This document shows, piece after piece, positions 1-9,287 of a stretch of DNA of 64,000 nucleotides. Under the pieces are notes generated by a model, which saw only the letters and a program-made list of their open reading frames with translations, ran no database searches and was not told the DNA's origin. Source of the DNA: Candidatus Hydrogenedentota bacterium (lineage in GTDB: Bacteria > Hydrogenedentota > Hydrogenedentia > Hydrogenedentales > SLHB01); assembly GCA_045863295.1 (NCBI GenBank), contig BTWA01000013.1, positions 32,001-96,000 of the forward strand. Reading direction: 5' to 3'. A program made the position numbers and the translations under genes. The stretch's first letter is position 1, and the number at the start of each line of letters is the position of its first letter.

Positions 1-9
1 AACGAGAGG

Positions 10-25
10 AGCAACCCGTGTGCCA
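10..25 (-). promoter_or_regulatory. sigma54 (-24/-12) promoter pointing out of the window's left edge
   Basis: Minus strand reads TGGCAC-ACGGG-TTGCT, matching TGGCAC-N5-TTGCW; an IHF-like TATCAA-CGAG-TTG lies at 75-87. Confidence 0.6.
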
Positions 26-279
26 TTCAGTCTTGTTGATGTCGCTGGTTGACCAGGCTGGTCAATTGATTGCGTATCAACGAGTTGGGCGATCGTCCAC
101 AAAGCAGATGAAGAGTTGTAAGGCCGGTATATGTTGCAATTTGAAACGAACTGGCGGCGCCAGGAGTTTTAATTTGGAATCAGGCGACGCATACTAAGCA
201 GGTACAGCCAAGCCTGCGCTACGCGACGGTGTCGCGCGTTCGAACGAAGTGGCGAGCACACGAAGAATCCATACAGGAA

Positions 280-435
280 TCAACGTTCATCCAGTTCCAG
301 GATATCCTGGTGTTGCGAGGGTGTGACTGGATGATTTCGGACGTATTCCCTGATCATTTCGACGACTTGCTGTTGAAGCGACTCCGGCAACGGTTCCACG
401 ATACGAATCATTGCGTCGATAGCGGGTGTGTGCAT
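280..435 (-). CDS. small hypothetical protein (51 aa, MHTPAIDAMIRIVEPLPESLQQQVVEMIREY...)
   Basis: Strong RBS (AGGAGGG) just before ATG at 435; follows the DUF1801 gene; predicted helical. Confidence 0.55.
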   Translation of the reverse strand: MHTPAIDAMIRIVEPLPESLQQQVVEMIREYVRNHPVTPSQHQDILELDER

Positions 436-467
436 GCTGTCCCTCCTGTCTCGCGCGTCGTGCGGTG

Positions 468-884
468 TTACCGGGCGATTTTCCTTGTGTATTGAACCGA
501 CGCGGCGATCAGCTTCTTCAGTACCGCCGTATCGATGCTGTCCAGACTCTTGAGATACAGACAGCATTTTCCGGTCTTGTGCTTGCCCAGTTTGGCGAGC
601 AAATCGGCGACTGGGTCGAAGCCGGCCATGAGATAAATCGTGAGATCGCGTTTTCGGGATGAGAAGCCCACCCGAAACCAGTCGCCTTCGCGGCCGCTTT
701 CATATTTGTAGTGGTAGGTGCCAAAGCCGACGATTGAGGGTCCCCACATTTTTGGGGTCGATTGGGTGGCTTGCCGCATCCATTCGATTAGCGTTTTGCA
801 GTCGTTGCGGCGCGACTCGTCCTCAATGCCGTTGATGTAGACCTCCACGGATACGCCGGTTGGTTTAGTCTTGGTTTCTCCCAT
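468..884 (-). CDS. DUF1801 (YdhG-like) domain protein
   Basis: PKMWGPSIVGFGTYHYKYESGREGDW...GFSSRK...LGKHKTGKCCLYLK pattern; AGGAGG RBS. Confidence 0.85.
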   Translation of the reverse strand: MGETKTKPTGVSVEVYINGIEDESRRNDCKTLIEWMRQATQSTPKMWGPSIVGFGTYHYKYESGREGDWFRVGFSSRKRDLTIYLMAGFDPVADLLAKLGKHKTGKCCLYLKSLDSIDTAVLKKLIAASVQYTRKIAR

Positions 885-926
885 GGCTGGCGCCTCCTGA
901 CCAGAAACAAGATTGACGAAGTAAGG

Positions 927-2099
927 CTACGCTTGTGACAGTGCTTGATCCAGATCGGCGATCAAATCCTGCACGTCTTCCAATCCCACGGACAAGCGAA
1001 TCAAATCGTCGGTGATGCCGACTCTGTTGCGCACATCTTCGGGCATGGACAAATGCGTCATGGTAGCGGCGTGATCGATGAGGGACTCGACACCGCCGAG
1101 GGATTCGGCGAGCGTAAAGATTTTCAGGCCTCGGAGGAAGGTAAAGATCTCCTCACGGCTTCCCTTGACCCGGAACGAGAATGTGCCGCCAAAGCCGGTC
1201 ATTTGTTTTTGTCCGAGATCGTATTGCGGATGACTCTTCAATCCGGGGTGCATGACTTGCGATACCTTGGGGTGGTCTTCCAACCACTGCGCGATGGTCA
1301 ACGCGTTTTCGTTGTGGGCATCCATGCGAATGGCAAGGGTTTTCAGTCCGCGTAACACCAGGAAGCACTCAAACGGTCCCTGAGCCGTACCGATGGCGTT
1401 TTGAAGGTAGCCGATCTTTTCCGCAAGTTGCGGGTGCTTCGTGATGAGCGCTCCGCCTACGACGTCGGAGTGGCCGTTGATGTATTTCGTTGTGGAATGC
1501 AGCGACACGTCAATGCCGAGATCGAGCGGACGTTGAAAATACGGTGTGAGAAACGTGTTGTCGCAGATCGTGTAGACGCCCGCGTTTTTGGCGATCTCCG
1601 CGACGGCGGCCAAATCGATCAGGTTCATAAGCGGATTCGTGGGGGTTTCTATCCAGATGCAGCGTGTTTCCTTTTTTAATGCGTTCTTCAGCGCGTCGAG
1701 GTCGCGCAAATTGACGAACGAAATCTCCACGCCCTTGGTGGCGATTACGTTTACCAGCAGGCGATAGGTGCCGCCGTAGAGATCGTCGTGGATGATGAGG
1801 TGGTCGCCGGGTCCGAACATGGCCAGGAACGTGGCCTCGGCGGACATGCCCGTGCCGGTCACAAATCCGCGCGTGCCGCCTTCGAGCGCCGCGAGGCAGT
1901 CTTCCAAGGCTTTGCGGGTGGGGTTGCCGCTTCGGGTGTAGTCGAATTCGCCGGGTTTCAGGACGTCTTCAAAGGCGAACGTGGAGGTCTGGTAGATGGG
2001 CATCATCACGGCGCCGTGCAGCGGATCGGGACCGTGCCCCGCGTGAATCATCTGTGTTCTGAACCGGTATGGTTTGTCTTTGCTGCCGCCGTGCGCCAT
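927..2099 (-). CDS. PLP-dependent trans-sulfuration enzyme (cystathionine gamma-synthase/gamma-lyase family)
   Basis: YTRSGNPTR, ETPTNP, HSTTKYINGHSDV (PLP lysine), LAESLGGVESL, IRLSVGLED motifs. Confidence 0.92.
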   Translation of the reverse strand: MAHGGSKDKPYRFRTQMIHAGHGPDPLHGAVMMPIYQTSTFAFEDVLKPGEFDYTRSGNPTRKALEDCLAALEGGTRGFVTGTGMSAEATFLAMFGPGDHLIIHDDLYGGTYRLLVNVIATKGVEISFVNLRDLDALKNALKKETRCIWIETPTNPLMNLIDLAAVAEIAKNAGVYTICDNTFLTPYFQRPLDLGIDVSLHSTTKYINGHSDVVGGALITKHPQLAEKIGYLQNAIGTAQGPFECFLVLRGLKTLAIRMDAHNENALTIAQWLEDHPKVSQVMHPGLKSHPQYDLGQKQMTGFGGTFSFRVKGSREEIFTFLRGLKIFTLAESLGGVESLIDHAATMTHLSMPEDVRNRVGITDDLIRLSVGLEDVQDLIADLDQALSQA

Positions 2100-2221
2100 G
2101 AAACAACTCTCCTGAATGTACTTGGTTGGGAATTAGTAGGCCGCCATCGTTTCCGGGGAGCATGCGCACCCGGCACCATGAGCCGAAGTATACCTAATGA
2201 CAATGCATGCTCGAGCCGTAT

Positions 2222-3373
2222 TTACACCCGTTCAATGATGGTTGCGGTGGCCATGCCGTGGCCGATGCACATGGTTTGCAGGCCGTAGCGTTTGCCCGTT
2301 CGCTGCAATTCGTGCACGAGCTTGGTCATAAGAATGGCGCCGGTCGCTCCCAATGGATGCCCCATGGCAATCGCGCCGCCGTTCGGGTTGACCCTGTTTA
2401 CGTCGGCGCCCAGTTCCTTCACCCACGCCAATACGACGGAGGCAAAGGCTTCATTGATTTCGACGACATCCATTTGATCGAGGGTCAACCCTGCTTTTTC
2501 GAGCACTTTTTTTGTAGCGGGAATGGGGCCCGTCAACGTCAAATCCGGGTCGCTGCCGACGACGGATCTCGCGACGATTCGGGCCTTCTTTTTCAATCCG
2601 AGCCGGTTCACGGCTTCGCCCGAGGCAACAAGCACCGCGCCCGCGCCGTCCGAAATCTGGCTTGCATTGGCGGCGGTCACCACGCCATTTTCCTTGAAAA
2701 TCGTCCGAAGCGTTTTCATCTTCTCGACGTCAGGGTTTGCGCGGAATCCTTCGTCCTTTGTCACCATCGTGGTTTCGCCGTTGCGCTTGACGGGCACGGC
2801 AAACACTTGGCTGTCATACCATCCCTGAGCCCAGGCGTGGCCTGCGCGCCGGTGGGAATTGGCGGAGAATTCGTCGAGTTCTTCCCGGTTCAGGCCCCAC
2901 TTTTCGGCCACCTTCTCCGCGCACACGCCCATGGGTTGCAGCGGGTAGGGAAACGTGGCCAGAAAATCCTCGTCTAACACTCCCCAGTCGCTGCCCATGG
3001 GAACCACGCCCATCATTTCGATACCGGAGCCGATGGCGATTTCCATGTCGCCGGCGGCGATGGCCTGGCTGACGAAATGGACGGCTTGCTGGCTGGAGCC
3101 GCACATGCGATTGATTTGCACGGCCGGCACTTCAACGGGAAATCCGGCTTTGAGGGTGGCCAAGCGGGCAATGTTTGCTCCTTGCTTGCCGATGGGGGAG
3201 ACGCAACCGGCGACGACATCCTCCACCTGGGCGGGCTGTATTCCCGCGCGTTTGACACACTCGGTCAGGGTCATAGCCAGCAGGTCCACGGGGTGGACCG
3301 GGTTCAGTCCGCCGTCTTCTTTTCCCCGTCCGATGGGGGTTCGCACGGCTTCGACGATATAGGTGTCACGCAT
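2222..3373 (-). CDS. acetyl-CoA C-acyltransferase (thiolase)
   Basis: INRMCGSS, NEAFA, GAIAMGHPLGATG and CIGHG catalytic motifs. Confidence 0.95.
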   Translation of the reverse strand: MRDTYIVEAVRTPIGRGKEDGGLNPVHPVDLLAMTLTECVKRAGIQPAQVEDVVAGCVSPIGKQGANIARLATLKAGFPVEVPAVQINRMCGSSQQAVHFVSQAIAAGDMEIAIGSGIEMMGVVPMGSDWGVLDEDFLATFPYPLQPMGVCAEKVAEKWGLNREELDEFSANSHRRAGHAWAQGWYDSQVFAVPVKRNGETTMVTKDEGFRANPDVEKMKTLRTIFKENGVVTAANASQISDGAGAVLVASGEAVNRLGLKKKARIVARSVVGSDPDLTLTGPIPATKKVLEKAGLTLDQMDVVEINEAFASVVLAWVKELGADVNRVNPNGGAIAMGHPLGATGAILMTKLVHELQRTGKRYGLQTMCIGHGMATATIIERV

Positions 3374-3695
3374 TGCCCGGCTCCTTGTGGAAAACTGTAC
3401 CTACTGGTCGTTTGAATGGCCCGATGAAAAGCCCGAATTGCGGGGTATACTACCAATTTGCACTCGGATTTCGCCAGAGCCCAACCCCAAATCGGGCCTT
3501 CTCGCGGAGAGCCTTTGTAAGTAGTTGCAATAAAAGGCTTTTTGAAGACGAACCCTTGCCCTTGTTTGATTAGATGTTCGACGCAGGTTCCCGATACGTC
3601 CTCGTTCAGATCGGATTTTATTGACTTTTTCACGGAAATCATGACAGACTACGTAGATTTTGTCTTGGTCCTATTTGTATTAAAGGAACATCGCA

Positions 3696-4112
3696 ATGAA
3701 CATCTACCGGATGTTGGAACACCTTGGTTGGGCTATTGTCGACAAGGATTTCAAAGACGCAAACCGTTATCTGGCTCCCTGGGTGCTTGATGATATCGGT
3801 CCGAACGGGTTGAGGGAGGCCATTGACGAGCATATTCGCACCGTAGCCGACGAGTTGGGGCTTGAATCCTCCGGATATCCTTCGGAGGTTGAAGTGGACA
3901 GCGACGCGTCCAGTCTGAGCGACTTGTCCGACACGGGACGCCGGTCGATTTACCCCGAAGTTACGGATAAGAACTTCCGGGAGTGGTGCTGCATTCTGTT
4001 TCTGGGTGATGGGGACAAGGATGTGGATGCCTGGCTGGATATGTGGGTTGCCGTGGTGGAAATCAAGGGCGAACTCAAGATCGGCTACTTCGAACTCGCC
4101 TATCCCGATTGA
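3696..4112 (+). CDS. hypothetical acidic protein (138 aa)
   Basis: AAAGGAA RBS before ATG; clean ORF downstream of an AT-rich intergenic region. Confidence 0.6.
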   Translation: MNIYRMLEHLGWAIVDKDFKDANRYLAPWVLDDIGPNGLREAIDEHIRTVADELGLESSGYPSEVEVDSDASSLSDLSDTGRRSIYPEVTDKNFREWCCILFLGDGDKDVDAWLDMWVAVVEIKGELKIGYFELAYPD

Positions 4113-4147
4113 GCGCCGGGTCTCTTACCAAGCCGGAGGCACGACAG

Positions 4148-4864
4148 GTGGAAGAAGTGCCGTTGGGCCGATCTGTGTATGGGTCCTTTGCGGCAGCGTA
4201 CGCGGCCCGAGTCGATACCAAACCGCACAATGCGTACTACGACCGCCCCGCTGTGCTGTCCCTGCTGGGCGAGGTCGCGGGGCAATCCGTGCTGGACTGC
4301 GGTTGCGGCCCGGGTGTGTATGCGGAGGAATTGCTGCGCCGGGGCGCCGCTGTAACCGCCGTGGACGTGACCCCGGAGATGGTTGTCCTGGCCCGCCGCC
4401 GCCTGGGCGACGGGGCACGGGTGATCGAGGCCGATATTTCGGCCCCGATGCCTATTTTACGGGACGGCGAATTTGACGCGGTTGTGTGTCCGCTGGTGTT
4501 CGACTACATTGCTGATTTGCGGCCGGTTTTTCTTGAGCTTTACCGGGTTTTGAAGGCGGACGGCCGGATCGTTTTCTCGATGTCGGATCCGTACAACAAT
4601 TATCGCTATTACAAACTCGATTCCTATTTTGAAACGGTCGTGAAGGGGTGTTACTGGAAGGGATTCGGCGATCCCGTGTATGTGCCGTGCGTTTGCCGGC
4701 CGTTGTCGGAAATATTGAATCCTTTGTCGGAAGCGGGGTTTGTATTGGATCGCATTCATGAGCCGAGGCCGACGGAGGAGTTCCAACGGGCCAATCCTGG
4801 GGAGTACGATCAGCTTACGCGCTATCCGGTGTTCTTATGCGTTCGCGCGCGAAAACCTTTGTGA
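4148..4864 (+). CDS. class I SAM-dependent methyltransferase
   Basis: VLDCGCGPG motif I; NAYYDRPA and RPLSEILNPL..AGF..D.I.EPRP patterns; GTG start after GGAGG. Confidence 0.88.
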   Translation: MEEVPLGRSVYGSFAAAYAARVDTKPHNAYYDRPAVLSLLGEVAGQSVLDCGCGPGVYAEELLRRGAAVTAVDVTPEMVVLARRRLGDGARVIEADISAPMPILRDGEFDAVVCPLVFDYIADLRPVFLELYRVLKADGRIVFSMSDPYNNYRYYKLDSYFETVVKGCYWKGFGDPVYVPCVCRPLSEILNPLSEAGFVLDRIHEPRPTEEFQRANPGEYDQLTRYPVFLCVRARKPL

Positions 4865-4869
4865 TTTCG

Positions 4870-6720
4870 TCACCAGTTGAACCCAAGCAAATTCCAATAG
4901 TAGGCAAATGGATAGATGCTGATTGCGGCGGCGACCAACAGGGTATAGTGCATCCTTCCTTTCCACGTCCAATAGCGGTTCCACCATGCCGCCAGCGCGT
5001 AGCCCAATGCAAACACTGTCAACACCGCCGTAAAGAATGGAAGATACAGCAACGGAATCAGCGTTTCCGGCATGCCGTACATGAATTCGATTTCGTCGAT
5101 TAGGAAAAGCCCGGCGCCAAGGCCCAACAACAGAACCAGATTGCAGGCGGCCAGCACCCAACCCACGCAGGATGCCGAAGGCGCCTCGTGATTCAGGCGG
5201 CCTTCACGTTTCCAGATGCCCTTTATACCGATAAGCGGCCAGAGCAGCACGACCGATGCAAAGATAATGAGAATGGCAAGCAAATAACCGGCCTGTACCC
5301 TGGCGGTCTCATACCAAAAGAGTTTTTCATACGAGTTTTGGTTCATGTACAGCATGTCACGTCCATTCGCCGAGTCCGCGGCAAAGAGCACATAGAGATC
5401 GCGCGATTCGTCTGCGTAGAACTGGCCGCCTCGCGGTGACACCCGGGCCGGATCGTCGGATTGCAGCGTAATGGAGCCGTCCTCGTTGGCACTGACTTGG
5501 AGTTGCGAGGTGAGGGTATTCAGCTTCTCCAGCGTACGCGAAGCGTATCGCGTGAAGCGGTAAGTTCCGGCAGCCGCTTGTGCGGCGGCACGATCTCCGG
5601 AGGATGGGGGCGGTTCGGATGCGTTGGCGGGAAAATACCTGATCATTAATTGATCGGCCAGGGCGGTTCGAGTCAAGCTGGACGGGTTTGTGCTTGATAC
5701 AAAGAAACCAAAATTATAATCGGGGAAGAGAATCAGCGACGAAGCGAATCCCGGCAGGTCACCGCGGTGTTCGATGGTGCGCACTCCGTTGCGCCGCCGT
5801 TCAAAGAAAGGAAAACAGATTCCGTTAAGCCGGGGATCGTGCGAGAACTGGCGCGCATGCATCATTCTCACAGTATCTTCACCCAGGATGCGGGCACCGT
5901 TGTATTGGCCGAGTTGCAGGTGGGCGATCATGAACCGTGCGATGTCTTCGCCGGTGGATACGGCGGCGCCCGCGGGAAAGTCCTGCAAATAGTAGTCCGG
6001 CGTGGGCGATGCATCCCCATGTAGAAAAGATTTTGCCAAATAGGGCATTTCCGAATCAGGCAAATCGAAATAAGTGTTGTTCATGCCCAGTGGTTCGAAG
6101 ATATGGGCCGCGGCATAGTCGGCGAACGGCATGTCCGCGACGCATTCAACCGTGTATCCCACAAGGGCAAACCCCGTGTTCGAATAGGCAATCAGTTCAC
6201 CCGGGGGCCGGCAACGGCCCGGCATATGTCCGGCCAGATAGCTGCCCAGGGGTTTTGCTTCGTTGCGCACGCGCACGCAGGTGCCGATGGCGCGCTCGTC
6301 GAAGCCGGCGGTATGCGTGAGCAGATGGGTAAGTGTGATGGGTTGTGGGAACGTGCCGGGTATGTGAACATCGCTCAGGTAGATGTTCACGTCCGTGTTC
6401 AAATCCAGTTTGCCTTGTTCATAGAGTTGCATTACGGCTGTCGCGGTAAACAGTTTGGATAGCGAGGCAATCCGAAACAGCGTGCGCGAAGGATCGACCG
6501 GGGCTTTCGTTTCCGGATCCTGATAACCGTAGCCTTTGGCCAGCAAGATTTGGCCATCCTTGACGGCGACGAATACGGTTCCCGTAGCCGACGACAATTT
6601 GGAAGTAACTCCGATGACGCCATCGACAAATGCTTCCAGATCCTTTGGATCGGAAGGTGGCTGTTGGGCGAACGCGGGACCCACAACGGCCATGATTGCG
6701 ACGGCGATCCGTGGAAGCAT
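4870..6720 (-). CDS. serine hydrolase, beta-lactamase/PBP family, with signal peptide and C-terminal TM helices
   Basis: FRIASLSK (SxxK), YSN and HRG motifs; signal peptide MLPRIAVAIMAVVGPAFA; 3-4 hydrophobic C-terminal helices. Confidence 0.88.
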   Translation of the reverse strand: MLPRIAVAIMAVVGPAFAQQPPSDPKDLEAFVDGVIGVTSKLSSATGTVFVAVKDGQILLAKGYGYQDPETKAPVDPSRTLFRIASLSKLFTATAVMQLYEQGKLDLNTDVNIYLSDVHIPGTFPQPITLTHLLTHTAGFDERAIGTCVRVRNEAKPLGSYLAGHMPGRCRPPGELIAYSNTGFALVGYTVECVADMPFADYAAAHIFEPLGMNNTYFDLPDSEMPYLAKSFLHGDASPTPDYYLQDFPAGAAVSTGEDIARFMIAHLQLGQYNGARILGEDTVRMMHARQFSHDPRLNGICFPFFERRRNGVRTIEHRGDLPGFASSLILFPDYNFGFFVSSTNPSSLTRTALADQLMIRYFPANASEPPPSSGDRAAAQAAAGTYRFTRYASRTLEKLNTLTSQLQVSANEDGSITLQSDDPARVSPRGGQFYADESRDLYVLFAADSANGRDMLYMNQNSYEKLFWYETARVQAGYLLAILIIFASVVLLWPLIGIKGIWKREGRLNHEAPSASCVGWVLAACNLVLLLGLGAGLFLIDEIEFMYGMPETLIPLLYLPFFTAVLTVFALGYALAAWWNRYWTWKGRMHYTLLVAAAISIYPFAYYWNLLGFNW

Positions 6721-6883
6721 CAAGCATCCCTTCCATTTGGTCACGCTGTTGTCCCCGTTCATGTGTGATTCGGCGCGGGAGCCCGGCCGTTCGACTATGC
6801 GCGCGTTTTCACTACAATACGTAAACGTGTATTTCGATACCACCAGCATGTGGTCCGGGGTGTGACAAAGAAGGAGTTGTTTC

Positions 6884-7879
6884 GTGGCCAGGATTTGGAG
6901 AGCCGGCGTATTGTGCTGCCTTGCCGTATTTGGGTGCGCGAAGGAAGTCGCGCGCACGGCCGTGGACGTGGCCTCGGTACCCGGGGTTCCCCCAGTAGCG
7001 ATCTCGTTCGATTCCGTGGAAGCCATTCGGGGCGCGGTGGAGAGTGGCGCGATTCAACGTGTGCCTGAACCTGGGCCGGTTCCGGAATCGGTCGTTAGTA
7101 CACTGGGAATTCCGTATGTAACGCGGGGGGCGGACGCGCTTGTGTTGGATTTGTATGCGCCGCAGTCGCGTACTACTTCCGCGCCCGGGCTTGTATTTAT
7201 TCACGGAGGGGGTTGGCGTGGCGGTAGCCGGTCGTTTTATGCCGCTTGGTGTGCGCACTTCGCTGCCAAGGGGTATGTGTGTGCAACCATCCAGTACCGG
7301 TTTTCCGACAAGGTTACGTTTCCCGGCGCGGTAGAAGATGCCATGGACGCGGTTCGTTGGATGCACGAGCAGGCCGACACCATCGGGGTGGACCGAGAAG
7401 CCATTGGTGTAGTCGGGCAGTCCGCGGGGGCGCACCTTGCGTTGATGGCTGCTTATGCCCCCGGGGTTCTGTCCGACATGGGCGAGGATTCGGCGGCGAT
7501 GCCCGGGATTAAGGCCGTAGCCGCGTTTTATCCCCCTACCGATTTCACGGTGGAAGGTGTGCGAAAGCTGGATCCGGTCCAGCAGTTTTTGGGGACACGG
7601 TATGCGACGCACCCTGAATTGTACTCGTTGGCATCTCCCTTGTCGCATGTCTCGGGGGAGAATCCTCCAACACTTTTGGTACACGGCACCGTGGATGAAA
7701 TCGTGCCGGTTGATCAATCCGACCGGCTTTTTGACGCATTGCGATTGGCAGATGTGCCTTGCTGGTATGACCGGATTGAAGGTTGGCATCACGCGATGGA
7801 CTTGTACGTGCAGGCACACGATCATTGCCTGGGCGTATTGGAACGATTCCTGGAGACTTTTCTGCCGGTGACGAAGTAA
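6884..7879 (+). CDS. alpha/beta hydrolase (HSL-like esterase), probable lipoprotein
   Basis: HGGGW oxyanion motif, GQSAG nucleophile, HGTVDEIVP and late His; lipobox-like VFGC; start position uncertain. Confidence 0.85.
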   Translation: MARIWRAGVLCCLAVFGCAKEVARTAVDVASVPGVPPVAISFDSVEAIRGAVESGAIQRVPEPGPVPESVVSTLGIPYVTRGADALVLDLYAPQSRTTSAPGLVFIHGGGWRGGSRSFYAAWCAHFAAKGYVCATIQYRFSDKVTFPGAVEDAMDAVRWMHEQADTIGVDREAIGVVGQSAGAHLALMAAYAPGVLSDMGEDSAAMPGIKAVAAFYPPTDFTVEGVRKLDPVQQFLGTRYATHPELYSLASPLSHVSGENPPTLLVHGTVDEIVPVDQSDRLFDALRLADVPCWYDRIEGWHHAMDLYVQAHDHCLGVLERFLETFLPVTK

Positions 7880-7882
7880 TGG

Positions 7883-8085
7883 CTAGCCAGGATATTTCAC
7901 GACTTTGTCCGACTAACGGTGTAACAACTATGCTACCGGGCCATTGACCCTTCCGATGCAAGTATAGCGTGCTCGTGAAGTATCCTCAGCGTCTCAAGCC
8001 CAAACTATTCTGTGTAGGCATATTGCACCACCGAGACTGTACTTCAGTCTTCCACGCACGTTTTTAGCGTGGTGCTGCGGGCTAG
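7883..8085. mobile_element. MITE-like non-coding element, copy A
   Basis: CTAG at both ends (7883-7886, 8082-8085); internal IR GGATATTTCACGA/TCGTGAAGTATCC; homologous to 15815-16046 in inverted orientation. Confidence 0.7.
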
Positions 8086-9242
8086 TCGAACAGGGCGACA
8101 CCGTTCGCGGGGCGCGAGACGATGATGGTCCCCTCCCTACCGGTTTCGCGGCGGTATGAGGAGAGAAGGGCACTGCCAAACGATTCGACGCAATCGGCAT
8201 TCACGAGGCTTACGGTGCAACCGCCAAACCCGGCGCCTGTCATGCGGGAACCGTGGCATCCCGGTTGTTCGCGTGCGATCCGGGTCATGGTGTCCAACTC
8301 CGAACACGTCACTTCGTAGTTGGTTCGCAGGCTCGCATCCGACTCGTTCATCAATTGGCCGAATGTATTCGCATCCCCTTCGCGCAAGGCTTGCGCGGCT
8401 CGAACGGTACGAGAATTTTCGGAGAGCACATGCCGTGCGCGCCTGTATACCATATCCGGCATTGTATCTTTTGCCGCCTCCAAATCAGGCATGGTGAAAT
8501 CGCGCAATTGGAGGCCCGATTTTCCCAGAGCTTGGTTCAAGTGGGCGACGGCCTCGGAGCACTCGGAGACGCGGTCATTGTAGCTGGATGAGGCAAGGCC
8601 ACGGGACACCCGTGTATCCGAAATTACGAACACGGCATTTGGAATGGCCACGGGAATGGGCTGGCAGGTCAACATTCGGCAATCGATAAGAAGGGCATGA
8701 TCTTGAACGCCCATGCAAACGGCGAACTGATCCATGATGCCGCTTTGCAGACCCAGGACTTCGTTCTCCACGCGTTGTCCGATGCGGGACGCTGTTGGTC
8801 CGTCCATGGTGAAACCACCCAGTGCTTCGAATAGACGCAAGAAGGCCATTTCCAGACTTGCCGAACTGCTCAGTCCCGATGCCAGGGGCAGGTCGCCCGC
8901 GATCACGACGTTGGAGCCCATGGTGGCGAAGCCTACCTTTTGAAGGATGTGCGCCACGCCGCCTGCATATCGCATCCAGCCCGGCAGGGCCGGTGGCAAT
9001 GGCGAATCGAGATGAACGCAGCATCGCTCGTCAAAGTGCGTTGCGTACACGTTCATCATGAGATCGGTGCGTGGCCCGGCTAACAGGATGGTTTGCCGTT
9101 CAATGGCCATGGGCAGGACAAAGCCGCCATTGTAGTCGGTATGCTCTCCGATGAGGTTCACCCGTCCCGGGGAACGAATTGCAATGGCCGGTTCTCGGTT
9201 GAATTCGGATCGAAATAGACTTTTAAGTTTGTCCCTACTCAT
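8082..9242 (-). CDS. galK: galactokinase
   Basis: PGRVNLIGEHTDYNGGFVLPMAI, GLSSSAS, GIMDQ and GSRMTGAGFGGC GHMP motifs. Confidence 0.95.
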   Translation of the reverse strand: MSRDKLKSLFRSEFNREPAIAIRSPGRVNLIGEHTDYNGGFVLPMAIERQTILLAGPRTDLMMNVYATHFDERCCVHLDSPLPPALPGWMRYAGGVAHILQKVGFATMGSNVVIAGDLPLASGLSSSASLEMAFLRLFEALGGFTMDGPTASRIGQRVENEVLGLQSGIMDQFAVCMGVQDHALLIDCRMLTCQPIPVAIPNAVFVISDTRVSRGLASSSYNDRVSECSEAVAHLNQALGKSGLQLRDFTMPDLEAAKDTMPDMVYRRARHVLSENSRTVRAAQALREGDANTFGQLMNESDASLRTNYEVTCSELDTMTRIAREQPGCHGSRMTGAGFGGCTVSLVNADCVESFGSALLSSYRRETGREGTIIVSRPANGVALFD

Positions 9243-9287
9243 TTTGTCATCGCGTTGGAAAAGCGCCGCGCTGAAGGCATGGGCGTC

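Noticed and set aside
66..80. FNR-like TTGAT-N5-ATCAA
   Set aside because: The spacer is 5 rather than 4 nt; better explained by the overlapping IHF-like site.
6721..7026. N-terminal extension of the serine hydrolase ORF
   Set aside because: It overlaps the divergent esterase gene; the RBS and signal peptide begin at 6720.
6812..7825. 337-aa ORF antisense to the esterase (and many similar shadow ORFs)
   Set aside because: No motifs; expected antisense open frames in GC-rich coding DNA.
7994..8200. Small ORFs sharing the peptide VRGRLKYSL (also 15845-16030)
   Set aside because: The similarity comes from the non-coding repeat; substitutions lack codon periodicity and the frames are not conserved.
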